Assembly: GCA_964016885.1 (NCBI GenBank)
Contig: OZ024740.1
Coordinates: 309,070,001 to 309,134,000 of the forward strand
DNA from: Eledone cirrhosa
Lineage: Eukaryota
Reading direction: 5' to 3'
DNA length: 64,000 bases
How positions within the stretch are numbered: the stretch's first letter is position 1; every line of letters starts with the position of its first letter. The translations under genes were made by a program, and so were the position numbers. The notes under the pieces are model-generated. The model saw nothing but the letters and a program-made list of their open reading frames with translations, had not been told where the DNA came from and did no database searches. Below are positions 26,271 to 37,745 of the stretch, in pieces.

Positions 26271-27959
26271 TAAATTTAGCTGGCCTCTTATGAGGTTACA
26301 TTTTTTTAGGGAGTCTCTAGGGTACTCCTAGTTCTGCCCTGTCACTATCTTTTCAGGGACAGGAGGTGAAATTTGAACTAAAAATACACACAACTGGAAC
26401 AAATACCACAATGCTTCTCATCTAACTAATAATTTCATCAATCCACTGCCCTGGACTGGTATTTTATTTATTGATCCCAAAAGATAAAGGACAAAGTTGA
26501 CCATGGCAGGATTTAAAGTCAGAGCACAGAGAGCTGATATAAATACCACAAAACATTGCTTTAATGATTCAGTCAACTTACAGCTTTTAATATATTTCTT
26601 ATTAACACGCATGGGTTATTAACTTTTAAAATATTATCTGCTAAATCATTACAAAATGTTAAAACTGGTTTATTTATTCAAATGTTTATAGTATCTTTAC
26701 TAGTATACAGATCACTGTAAAAACTTTAATATTTAATGTGATACAGTCATGGTGCTGTATTGTACTTTTCAAGAATGCATTAGTAATGTAGTTTCATGTG
26801 GTAGAGGATGTTAATAGTTAAGTATCATAGCCCTTGGTTTTCATAATTGTCTCTTTTCTTTCATAGAGTCTTTCTCCTGGTAGGAAAGTTGAGTATGTAT
26901 ATAGTATTTGCAGTTGTGTGTATTCAATATCAAATGTAATGTTTAGTCAAACAGTTTCCATAGCAGTGGTGTAAAGTTATTGGTTTATTGAGCAATCATC
27001 TCTATACTTTGATTATATTTGCAATGCATATTGATTTTGCTTATACAGAGTAGTATGTTCACATTTCTATTGATTTTCTGTTTTTGTCTTCTTCTGACAT
27101 CATTGTTTTTTCAGTCATAGCTATAGCAAACTATAGCAACAAGAATTGATGTAGCTTAATAATACTGTTATGTACCCCTAAATAAGTTAAATCTATTGTG
27201 CAACACAATGTTCTTGCAGTTGTAAGAACTAAATTGAGCTCAGGTATAGTGTAAAAGGATATCATCTATTTTTTTAAATTTTGATTATTTATTATTCACA
27301 TATATATTGTTAAAGCATATATTATTTGTATGTAACTGGGTGCCCTTTCTACTGCTAACCATTTAACTCGTCAGCTGTTCCATCTCTCCCTTCCTTCTAA
27401 CAAATCTTGTAGGCACTAAAAAAGATAATGAGTATTGCCTTTCCCTCCCCAAATAAACAGTAAAAACCAAAAATGCTAATGTATGACTTTGACATAAAGG
27501 GACGCAATTGGATACACTGGTTTACATCAAACATAAACACAATACACACACACACACACATTCATATATGTATATGACAGGCTTCTGCACAGTTTCCACA
27601 TACCAAATTCCACCCATAAGGTATTATTAGTTTATCTGAGACTACAGTAGAAACCCAATGAGCCCTGCAATGGAATTGAACCTAGAATCACATGACTGTA
27701 AAGAGAAAGTTTAAACCACACAACTGTGCTTGATCACACTTGGAATGCTTTTGATCATAGGTCTGCTCAATCAGGAATAAACATCAATTCTTTGGTGCGT
27801 TACGTAATTTTAATTGTGTTAAATAAAATTTTCTTGAGTAAAGAAAGTGAAATATAAATATTCTTCATATATATATAGCCCTGGTCAGTTGAGCAACCAT
27901 GCAAAGGCGAAATTTATGATGTAACTTACATTTTATGACATAAAATATATTTATATGAC

Positions 27960-28495
27960 TCTACATTTTGTATAGACTTATATGGTACAGTGTTTCTTGG
28001 GCTTTTTTCAAGCCTGGTGAAGCCCATCCCTCTCCAGGTCTAAACACAGCAAGTTTCTTCTAGAGAAGGATAGAAAGTGAGAGAGAGGAAGTGAGAAAGA
28101 GATATAGAGGAAGAATCCACCCAGTACTAGACTGGTACTTTTTTGTATACATGCATGGTCCTGTAACTCCTAAGGGAGTCGCAGGGGTGCCGTATAAACA
28201 TACAACCTTTCTAGGGCACTTTTTAAACCTGTCGCAGCCCAATCCTCTCCGGGTCTGAATATAACAGATTTCTTCCAGAGAAGGATAGAGAGAGAGAGAG
28301 AATGGAAGTGAGAAAGATATATAGAGGAAGAATCAACCCCAGTACTAGATTGGTGATTTGTTTTTTTATAGACTTTGAATGGATGAACGGGAAAGTTGAT
28401 CTTGACAGGATTTGAACTCAGAGAGCAGAGAGCGAGAACAAATACCAAAAAGCACTCTATCTGATCTTCTAACGACTCTGCCAATTCACTGCCTT
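27960..28495 (-). mobile_element. two tandem SINE copies with the alternative 3' body
   Basis: Duplicated aagcc..tccctctccaggtct..ttcttc(t/c)agagaaggataga..cccagtactaga; tRNA head ending ctgccaattcactgcctt at about 28495. Confidence 0.75.
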
Positions 28496-28503
28496 ATTTA
28501 TGT

Positions 28504-29010
28504 GCTGTATTTTGATGGCTTATAAGACGCATGGGCTTATAAGACACATTTCAATTTGGGCAGGCATTAAAAAAGAAAATGGGTTTAAACAACAAATGTC
28601 AGGTAAAGTTTGTACATCGTCTTTTTTATTATTATTCTACATTGCAATTCTAGTTGTAATATTTTAGTACATTAAAACAAGGAACTGTGAAAATAAATAC
28701 ACATTAATTTCTACATCATATTTTTTGTTGAAATATTTAAAACAAAAGAAAATAAATTTATTTTATTCATCATAAAATTTATCAAAATTGTAGCTTTTTT
28801 TTTTAGAAAAGAGTTTCCATTGATGGTGTAGAAGCGATCACCATCTTGTTTACATTTGTGGAGATGTTTGTGGTTTAATTTAAGGGCCACTGCAGCACTA
28901 GAACTCCACTAGCCAGTAACCCAAACTGACCCTTGAACTTATAAGATGCAGGGTCATTTTCTGGTATATTTTCTGGAAAAAAGTGCATCTTATAAGCTGT
29001 CAAATACAAT
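28504..29010. mobile_element. pogo/Tigger-like MITE
   Basis: TIRs ctgtattttgatggcttataagacgca / tgcatcttataagctgtcaaatacaat; internal subterminal cttataaga repeats. Confidence 0.75.
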
Positions 29011-29230
29011 ATATATATATATATATGTTAATTAAATTTTTTTTAGCACAGGGTAGAGTGCTCACCATGTTGAGTGTGCTGGCCCTCACATTAGTGTGTG
29101 TGTATCAATATATATATTTTTCATCCCTAGACTCCTATTCAGTTAGCTTTTGACATTCTTTATGAACAGGAATTGAGTTGATTATAGTTACTAGCTAGGA
29201 TTGGTCTTGGCTTTATTGTTTTGAAAGACT

Positions 29231-29447
29231 TACAAACTACCAACAAGTGTATGACACTATTTTCATCTGTTACAACCTAGCAACAAGTGTATGATACTAT
29301 TTTCATCTGGTGATGTTACAACCTACCAACAAGTGTATGGCACTATTTTCATCTGGTGATGTTACAACCTACCAATAAGTGTATGACACTATTTTCATCT
29401 GGTAATGACCTAGCAACAAGTGTATGACACTATTTTCATCTGGTGAT
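29231..29447. repeat. minisatellite, 5 units of 40-46 bp
   Basis: caa(c/t)aagtgtatg(a/g)(c/t)actattttcatct starts at 29241, 29281, 29327, 29373 and 29414. Confidence 0.92.
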
Positions 29448-29771
29448 ATTTATTAGCTTTTTTTTTATTGAAAATGCTGGTTATGATATCCTGCTCTTTT
29501 TCAACTCTCCCATATTCATATATTGGAAAACAAATCAGTTATTTTAAAAATATATTTACATAATATTCTGTGTTTGTTTTTGTAAAACATACTTGTGGCT
29601 TGTTTTTGTTATTAGAACCTGAGTGTAATGTGTGTACAATGAATTGAAAAGGTTTGGGTGTTTTAATAAAATATTTATTGTAAAAGCTTTTAGAAATGAA
29701 ACAATACACTGGCTGCAGTTACTTGCTAATGGAATGTAACAGAGTACCATATTTTACCATTGTTGTTGTTG

Positions 29772-29912
29772 TCATCATCATCATCTTCCTCATCAAAATC
29801 ATCATTGTAATCATAGTCATAGTCATCATCATAATCATTATCATTATCATCATAATCATTATCATCATAATCATTATCATCATAATCATTATCATCAAAA
29901 TCATCATCTCAT
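29772..29912. repeat. (ATC/ATT)n trinucleotide microsatellite
   Basis: Direct reading. Confidence 0.9.
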
Positions 29913-30234
29913 AAAAGTCATCATTCATTAGCCTTCTCTTCATATTCTGTTGTTTTTGTCTTTCTTAGTAACTAAAATCAACTCCACTGTACTTTCCAAA
30001 GACCAGGCACCCCCCACCACTACATACCTGACCCCCATTCTATTTTTAATCAATTGAAATTTTGTATTTCTCTCTTTGCTTTTGTCAAGAATTTTCATTA
30101 ACATTACTAAATTTTTTATTTATTATGGAGTGTAATTTGGATTGATAACATTTTCTTTCTTTCTTGTTTTGTTTTGGTTTTTTGGCTCCCTATATTAAGT
30201 ATGTTTTATGGAACTTGTAGAGATTTCTGTAAGA

Positions 30235-30400
30235 GTATGGGTTCATACTTCATGAATAGGATTGACATGCTTAGCTGGAAGTGGTATAAAAACCAGTGAG
30301 CATAGAATCAGTTGGTTGATGACATGGTGCTACTTAAATCATCAGAAGGTGATCTCCAACATGCACTGGATGGGTTTGCTGCTAAGTGTTGGAATGAAGT
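30235..30400 (+). mobile_element. RTE-like RT remnant
   Basis: Translates LVDDMVLLKSSEGDLQHALDGFAAKC (xxDD catalytic region). Confidence 0.65.
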
Positions 30401-31024
30401 ATGTTAGCCTCCACTTAAAAAATTATAACCATTTACATCTTACTAATAGTAAAAAGTAATTCTCTTGGTTTCATTGCTGATAAACACTTGCAATTTGAGA
30501 GGCCTTAATTGTTTTTTATTTCCCATTTTTTTTCTTTTTTCTTTTAATATACACACCCCTAATTTCCCACTTATCTGAAAAATACAGTAATGACCAGAAA
30601 TATAACTTCTAAAAAAATATAAAACAATTCTGTTTGGATGGTAGACAATATGTGTTTTTCATTTTGATAGGCATCAACCAAAATATGAAATATTTATAAC
30701 CCTTTTGACATTCTCTTTGATAAGTTGAACTCTTTGGGAAAGTATATATATATATATATATATGTTGATTATGAGATAGGATAGGTTTGAACTATTGCCC
30801 CCACCCCACCCTGCCTACACACACACACACACAGACATTGTCCCAAGTTCTAACTGCATCAAAGCCACTATGTTGTAACAGTAAGAGAGAAATGAACAAC
30901 AAGCAATTTACTTCATTCAAAACCGGTTCTTATTTCAGTGTCAAATGGTTAGCAATAGGAAGTGAGAGCATGTATGTAAGATATATATATATTCTCAGCT
31001 GGATGCCATATGTATGTATGTATG

Positions 31025-33533
31025 TTCTTCTGGTTTTATAATTTCACAAAGTTTTACCAATAGAGAGAGAGTCGGTTTCTAACATAGACACAAGACTCTC
31101 TCATTGGAATTTACACATCAACTAGGTAGATTATGTCTGCATGCATGTGTAGATATGGATGTTATTGTATGTGTGGATGTGGATGTTTTGAGTTGTATGT
31201 GTGCATGTGTATATGCTTTGCATCTGTACATGTGTATATGCAGTTATTAGATGCAACATTTTTGGAATGTTTTACATATTTTTTCTGTTCCATTAATGGA
31301 TTGTACTTGTAATTTCCTAACTAGTTGTGTTCTTTCTGTTCCTGTGAAGCCTAGCTTCTCAAGATTTGTATTGAGGCAGTTACTAACATACCCCAGTGCC
31401 GCAATAATTGCAGGCATAAATCTGAAGGTGTAATCAGGGTGGAGTATCTGCAGATTTCTCATCAGTTCTGCATAAATATTCTCCTTTTTGCTAATCTTTG
31501 ATATTATATTGGCATCTGCTGGGCAGCTAATTTCCACTACTGTGCATGCTTTATTCTCGCTGTCCCATATCATAATATCTGGTCTGTTATGCCTGCATTT
31601 TATTGGGGTTTTTACTGAAACATTCCACCAGTACTCTTTCATATTATGTACGTGGATGTCTTCCACATTGTTGTAGCTTTTAATGTTTACTATCGGGGCT
31701 ATCTTTTTTACAAACTGCATTGCACAGTGTTTTGGCCACTACATCATGCCTCATAGGTAGATAGTAGTGCGACGACATCTTTGGACAGCTGCTGATGACA
31801 TGGGTGATACCCTCGATGTTAGTTCTACAGCGTCTGCACTTGTTATCACATCTAGGTGTTTTGCCTGCATCCCTATCTCTTTTGTGAATCAGGTATTTCA
31901 TGTTAATCTCCTGTTCTTGGATTGCAAAAGCGTATCCTTCAAAATGGGAGCCAATATAGCGGTTGTTGGTCCAAGATAGACTACTTTCCTTATCTATATT
32001 ACTCTCACTCTGGAGCTTCCTGGCAACATATCCATGCATGATTTTTTGCTTATAACCATGCAGTTTTTCATCCATGGATTCACTGCAATACTGCTGAGCA
32101 ACTTCCCTTGGTGTGAGTTTTTTATTATCACACAGGGAATATCTCTTGAGGAGTTCCTTCCCAACTCTCATGATCTTATCTGTTTCATGCAGATAGACTT
32201 GCTCGAGAGACGGGCTCCTACGTTTCGAGGTTCGTAGATGTTGTCGGAGGGATATGATGCGATATTCAAATGCTGTCTCGACTGATGTTAGGCCTCTGCC
32301 TCCCTGCTTACGTTTCAAGTAAAGGCGGTCTATGTCACTGTTGATGTGGAAGTTTCTGGTGTTGTTTAGTATTTTTTGAGTTCTAACATCAACTGCTCAG
32401 ATTTTGTCTATCGTCCAATTGAGTATTCCAAACATTGGTATTAGGACAGGCACAGCAACCACATTGTGAGCCACTGTTTTGTTTTGCGCAGAGAGTTCCG
32501 ATGACCAAATCTTTCTTAATCGGGTGTAGTATTCCCTGGTTACGCGTTCCTTATTACAGATACCATTATAGGGTATATTCTCATCTATCCCCAGGTATCT
32601 CTGGCAGTCCTCATCAGATATCGGTGAAACAGTTAGGCCATTGATGACAATGTTGCTAGATTAGCTTGTTGTTTTTCCCCGCTTTACAGTCATGCATGAG
32701 CATTTATCTTGGCTAAACTCCATTCCTATATCCTTTGAGAACGTTGTAACCAGGTCAAGATTTTTCTTCATCCCATCCATGTTCTTGGCATAGTTTCAGA
32801 TCGTCCACAAATAAATTATGGGTTAGGTTCGTATTTCTGTCCTCCTGTGAGCCAATGATGTATCCCTCACATCTCTTGAGCAGAAAAGACAAGAGGTTTA
32901 ATGACAAGATAAATAATATCACAGAGAGACTGTCCCCTTGAAATATACCCCTGCAATATTTTATTTTATCAGTGAAAATAGAGTCCTCCCTCTCTGTCTT
33001 TAACCTTAGGATAGTAGCCCAAGAAGAAGACAGCCTCTCTATGGCTCTGACAATAATGTCTGGGACTTTAGCAAGTTGGAGGGTCTCTATCATTCAAGAC
33101 TGGGGAACATAATCGAAAGCTTTCCTGTAGTACAGCCAGACTGTAGCCATATTCCTCTTAAGTTGTCGCACCTCCGACATCGCAGTTTTGTTGATTAGGA
33201 GTTGTTCAGCACATCCCCAAACCCCTTTTTTTTTCCAGCTGCTTGTTCAACTGTGATGATGTTATTATTTTCACAGTGATCTTGGTTGGAATAGGTTCAA
33301 GCAGGCTGTATACATCTTATACATCAGGTTCTGGCATGCAATGGGTCGGTAGTTTTTTGCCAAGTGGGTGTCTTTGTTCTTGGGGATCAGTAATGTCTGT
33401 GCTAATGTCAACCATTCTGGTATAAGTGTATCTCCCTTAAGAACTTGTTGGTAGAGATCAGTAAGATACCTCCGATAGAATATCAGTTTTTTGTACCAGT
33501 AGCCGACAATCATGTCTCTTCCTGGTGTTTTCT
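31025..33533 (-). mobile_element. 5'-truncated R4/Dong-clade non-LTR retrotransposon (RT + CCHC + restriction-like endonuclease), frameshifted
   Basis: KTPGRDMIVG, NYRPIAC, RGIFQGDSLS, HNLFVDDLKL, GGRGLTS, CRRC..HVISSC..RHD and NRPDIMIWD..VEISCP across ORFs 33271-33513, 32755-33093, 31680-32318 and 31247-31720; (TATG)n on both flanks. Confidence 0.93.
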
Positions 33534-33580
33534 TATGTATGTATGTATGTATGTGTGTATGTATGTATGTATGTATGTAC

Positions 33581-33790
33581 GTACCCTTAGCCTTTCTCAG
33601 GGCATTCTTCTAGGAGAAGGCAACTCGGGAAACTGGGATAACTCCGATATAAAATCTGCGGCTCAGTAGTTACCGATGATGTTGATCTTTTCTTCTTATC
33701 GGGTTATAGCTAGTCGCTCAGAGAGTGGGATTGGCTCAGTGCATATTCTTTCCTCACTTTAAAAAATATCTTCACGCAGAGGCATTGCAC
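33581..33790 (+). mobile_element. probable RTE-type 5' UTR fragment
   Basis: gggcattcttctaggagaaggcaactc resembles the CTAGGAGAAGGAAAACTC motif I recall from RTE 5' ends; a similar motif is on the - strand at about 5555-5590. Confidence 0.4.
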
Positions 33791-33806
33791 GATAGAATTA
33801 ATTAAT

Positions 33807-33988
33807 TGTTTCTACTTTAGGCACAAGGCCAGCAATTATCCCAGTGCATTACTGGTACTTTATTTTATCGACCCCGTAAGGATGAAAGGCAAAGTTAACC
33901 TCGGCGGGATTTGAACTCAGATCATAAAGGGACGTAATTATGCTGGAAAGCATGGTGTCCGACCCTCTACCGATACTGCCAATCCACC
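33807..33988 (-). mobile_element. young tRNA-derived SINE with perfect 20-bp TSD
   Basis: TSD gcacgatagaattaattaat at 33787-33806 and 33989-34008; CpGs intact. Confidence 0.93.
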
Positions 33989-34057
33989 GCACGATAGAAT
34001 TAATTAATAATTATTAATAATGGTATATCGTGCAATGGCCATACTCATTAATAATCT

Positions 34058-34238
34058 TGGGTTAGATAGGCTGTCATATACGGAAGCCCGACTGGCCAGG
34101 TAACCATATATTGGTCATATGTTCTGTGTGTCATCATCATCATCATTAAACGATGATGATGATGACACAGAGAGCATATAACGAAGACATAGTCACCTGG
34201 CCAGTCAGGCTTCAGTATGTAACAGCCCATCTAACCCA
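34058..34238. repeat. long inverted repeat (86-bp arms, 7-nt loop)
   Basis: 34059-34144 aligns without gaps to the reverse complement of 34152-34237, with about 13 mismatches. Confidence 0.92.
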
Positions 34239-34469
34239 TGCAAGCATGGAAAATAGAAGTTAAATGCTGGTAATGATATATAAACACATGTGTATGCGTG
34301 TACCTGTGTGTATGTGAACTATAACTGTTGTGATGTGAACTATAACTGTTGTGTTGGACAAACAAATGCCACAGTTTCTTTCCACCTGATTATGAACCTA
34401 CAACACCTTCTTGTCCTTGACCTTGTTTTTGTTTTTGTTTTTCTTCTTTTTCTCCTTTTCTTTTACTTG

Positions 34470-34780
34470 TTTTTCTTCTTCTCCTTCTTCTCCTTCTTCT
34501 CCTTCTTCTCCTTCTTCTTTTCCATCTTCTTCCCAAGAGGGTCACAGGACCAGAGTCCTCAAACATTCCTTCCAGTGTCAGAAGCAACCGTTTCCAGCTG
34601 GATCAGTTGGATCCCCAAGCGAAACCAACCAAGCTCATGGATGTTGACCAACCATCATTGTCGGGGTCTATTCCTGGGTCTCCTGCCAGATGGATTTTGC
34701 CTGTAAAATCTGTCCAGCAATGCTTTCCTGAGACATTCTAACCACATGCCCATAGTATCGGAGCTGTGATTTCTCAATAA
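34470..34780 (-). mobile_element. RTE (BovB-like) LINE 3' end with (GAA/GGA)n tail
   Basis: Reverse homology to 23450-23620 (gcatgtggttagaatgtctcaggaaagc); GRRPRNRPR motif. Confidence 0.8.
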
Positions 34781-35000
34781 CAAAAACAAATGTTGATAGA
34801 AATCATTAGTTGATAATATAGCCAGCTTATGTAAAAATACTAACAAACAGAAATTAGATTAGTTATGGAAGCTATATTAGTGTGATGCAAATCTCTACTA
34901 ATATATAACACATCTTAATAATAAAGTAAGTAATAATGGATTCTGATTTAGCATATTGTCCGATGCTCTGCCAACCCATCACCTTAATAAAATAAGTAAT

Positions 35001-35219
35001 TGTTTTTACATTTGGCACAATTTTAGGCCAGCAATTTTGGGGGAATGGAAAAGTCGACTAAATCAACCCCTGTGCATTACTGGTACTTTATTTTAGCGAC
35101 CCCGTAAGGATGAAAGGCAAAGCTAACCTTGGCAGGATTTGAACTCAGAACATAAAGGGCCATAATTCTATGCCGCAAAGCATATTGTCCAATGCTCTAC
35201 CAATACTGCGAACCCATTG
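35001..35219 (-). mobile_element. tRNA-derived SINE, long subfamily
   Basis: TSD ccttaataaaataagtaat at 34982-35000 and 35220-35238. Confidence 0.88.
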
Positions 35220-35429
35220 CCTTAATAAAATAAGTAATGATAATAATACTTTGGGACATATTGATTACAAAATCAACTTCTTCACTTCACTATTTGGCCA
35301 TGCAGCTTCACTGCAGAGTTTCTTGAGTAAGTGTTATTTACTATAGCCATGTGAGTGATTTGGATAGATGGAGACTTTATTGTAGTTTGTTGGATAGACT
35401 ATAGCTGTAAGTCAAATGATCAGCCTTGT

Positions 35430-35471
35430 TACACATTCACTCACTCACTCACATTCACACACTCACATTCA

Positions 35472-35526
<55 letters not shown>

Positions 35527-35780
35527 ACATTCACACACATAATCACACTCACATACTCACACTCACATACTCTCACTCACACTTACACTCTCACACATAC
35601 TCACACTCACATACATATACACATACTCTCACTCACACTTACACTCACACACACACACACTCACATGTATGCTCACTCATACACATTCATATTCACATAC
35701 ATTCACACACACATACACACTCATGCACACATACACACACATATACACACAAACACACACACTATCACACTATCACACTA
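35430..35780. repeat. degenerate (CA)n/(CACT)n microsatellite
   Basis: Direct reading. Confidence 0.9.
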
Positions 35781-36069
35781 AATCTCTCTGACAATTACAT
35801 TAAAGTGTAATAAACTAAACAGATTTCATTTTTTAATATGATGCTGTCACAGTGCTGTTTTGTAACTTTTCAAGAATGTTTTGCTCATGTGGTTTCATGA
35901 GGTACTGGATGTTAAGAGTTAAAGAGGGTATATGAAAAATCTTTAATAAATATAGCTAAAACCAGACTTATCATTGATTTTTAATTAACACACACACACA
36001 TGCACACACTGAGAGGAATATATATGTATCTGGTTTAGAGTAAGTATACATACTGTATCTCTGCATGTC

Positions 36070-36295
36070 TTAACCCTTTAGCATTTAAACTGGCCGTATG
36101 TGGCCAGAATTCTCTCACCTCTTCCTGTTCAAACTGGCTGTAACCAGCTACTCATACTTATGTTAAGGTATTGTTCTCAAAATAAATAATATCAAAATCT
36201 CATAGATTCTATATTATGTGAGATAATTATGTGAGAAAGTATTTTCCGTGAAAATACAGTAGTATATATAGAGTATGTAAATGCTAAAGAGTTAA
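36070..36295. mobile_element. piggyBac-like MITE (family B)
   Basis: TTAA-ccctttagcattta ... taaatgctaaagag-TTAA; copies at 50785-51012 and 52908-53136. Confidence 0.8.
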
Positions 36296-36467
36296 GCAAC
36301 TAAAAGAGTTGGTGTCAGGAATGGTATCCAACTATAGAACATTGCCTCAAAAGTCGCATCCAACCCATGCTAGCACAGAAAAGTCAATATAAAAACGATT
36401 ATGTTGATGATGATACAAGCATTTAAATATAGAAAATGAAATCAGAAATATATGCTTTATGTACGTA

Positions 36468-36972
36468 CTCTCAGGTCTCAAATAATCTCCTCCCCTCGCC
36501 CACCTATTAAATTTTCAGATTTTTTCCAATGCGTCTCCCCTCTTATTTCAGCTCTCCCCCCCCCCCAATGCTTCTTAAATTTTACTAATCTATCTTCGGT
36601 GAAATTTTATTTTAAGTAGTAGCATTCCTGAGACAATTTTCTTTAGACATTAAAAAACATTAACACATAATCAAAAAAGTACATTACAAGAAATCCCATA
36701 CATTATAAAATAAATAGGATGGATTGGGGTCTCAATATGTAAACTAAATGATTAATTCTGGTTTTTAAAAAAATTGACAGAGACAACCTAGAAAAATTAT
36801 CGACCCTCACTCCCATCCCGCTTATTCCACCCACCCCCACTTATTCCTCCTCTGCTTACCCCCCTCCACTTATTCCCCCCCCTGCTTATACCCCTTCCCT
36901 CTTATTCCACTCACCCCACTTATTACATCTCCCCCACCTGCTTATTCCGCCCCATTATTTGGGTCCCGAGAG
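36468..36972. mobile_element. TA-flanked Tc1/pogo-like MITE with subterminal repeat array
   Basis: TIR ctctcaggtctcaaataat versus attatttgggtcccgagag; TA on both sides; about 8 ccc(g/a/t)cttatt motifs at 36815-36950. Confidence 0.7.
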
Positions 36973-37559
36973 TATGCATGTATGTTAAATCTCTAAATAT
37001 GCTATATAATAAAATTCTACAGAACAGACATGAAGAAATATATTTTTGGCATGGCTAATGGTGGCTATATATAATAAAAGTTCGATTTTGGAAAAAAAAC
37101 AAAAAACCAAAACAAACAAACAAATGACTACTTGTCTTATTTGTCCATTTCTTTTAATTCATACTATCATAATAACAATGACGATAACCTTTCTTTTGTT
37201 AGTGTTTGTAAAACAACAACAACAACACATCAATAACACTAAATTTTCATTTTTCATCATAAGTTCAAAAGCACTTGACTTTTAAATGGAAAAGAACCTT
37301 TTACAGGAAGGCAACCATTTCCTAATGGCGTCGTCAACTAACTGAATTGATTGTTAAGTTACATAGTTTCTCATATATAACTTTGTGAAACAATATAGTT
37401 ATCTGAGCTGAAAGGCTTTAGCTTTCTTTTCTTTCTTATTTTTACTTATTTATTTATTTATTATTATTGTTCATAATGCTTTTCCTCTGGCAGATGTTAT
37501 ACTGATATTATATCAAAAGAGTAAGCCATAGCCAGTGGCTAAAGGTCCTTAGGGTCATT

Positions 37560-37745
37560 CCTGCTCCTTCAACTTTCTAACACCCTCTTAGAATCCTTGC
37601 TGTTTCTAGCAAGGCTGTTTTCTGCCATATTCCCATCCTGATGGTAATACCTAGCTCCTCAAGCCAGGCATCTAACCGTCTACTAACTGCCCCCAGTGTG
37701 CCAACCACAATCAGTACCACTTCTATGAGTCTGATTCTCATCAAA
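37560..37745 (-). mobile_element. R4/Dong-like LINE C-terminal fragment
   Basis: EVVLIVVGTLGAV..WQKTALLETARILR motif; abutted by a + strand SINE at 37745-37933. Confidence 0.75.

Noticed and set aside
29231-29447. Possible CRISPR-like repeat-spacer array
   Set aside because: The sequences between the conserved blocks are deletion variants of one another, not unique spacers; this is an ordinary minisatellite.
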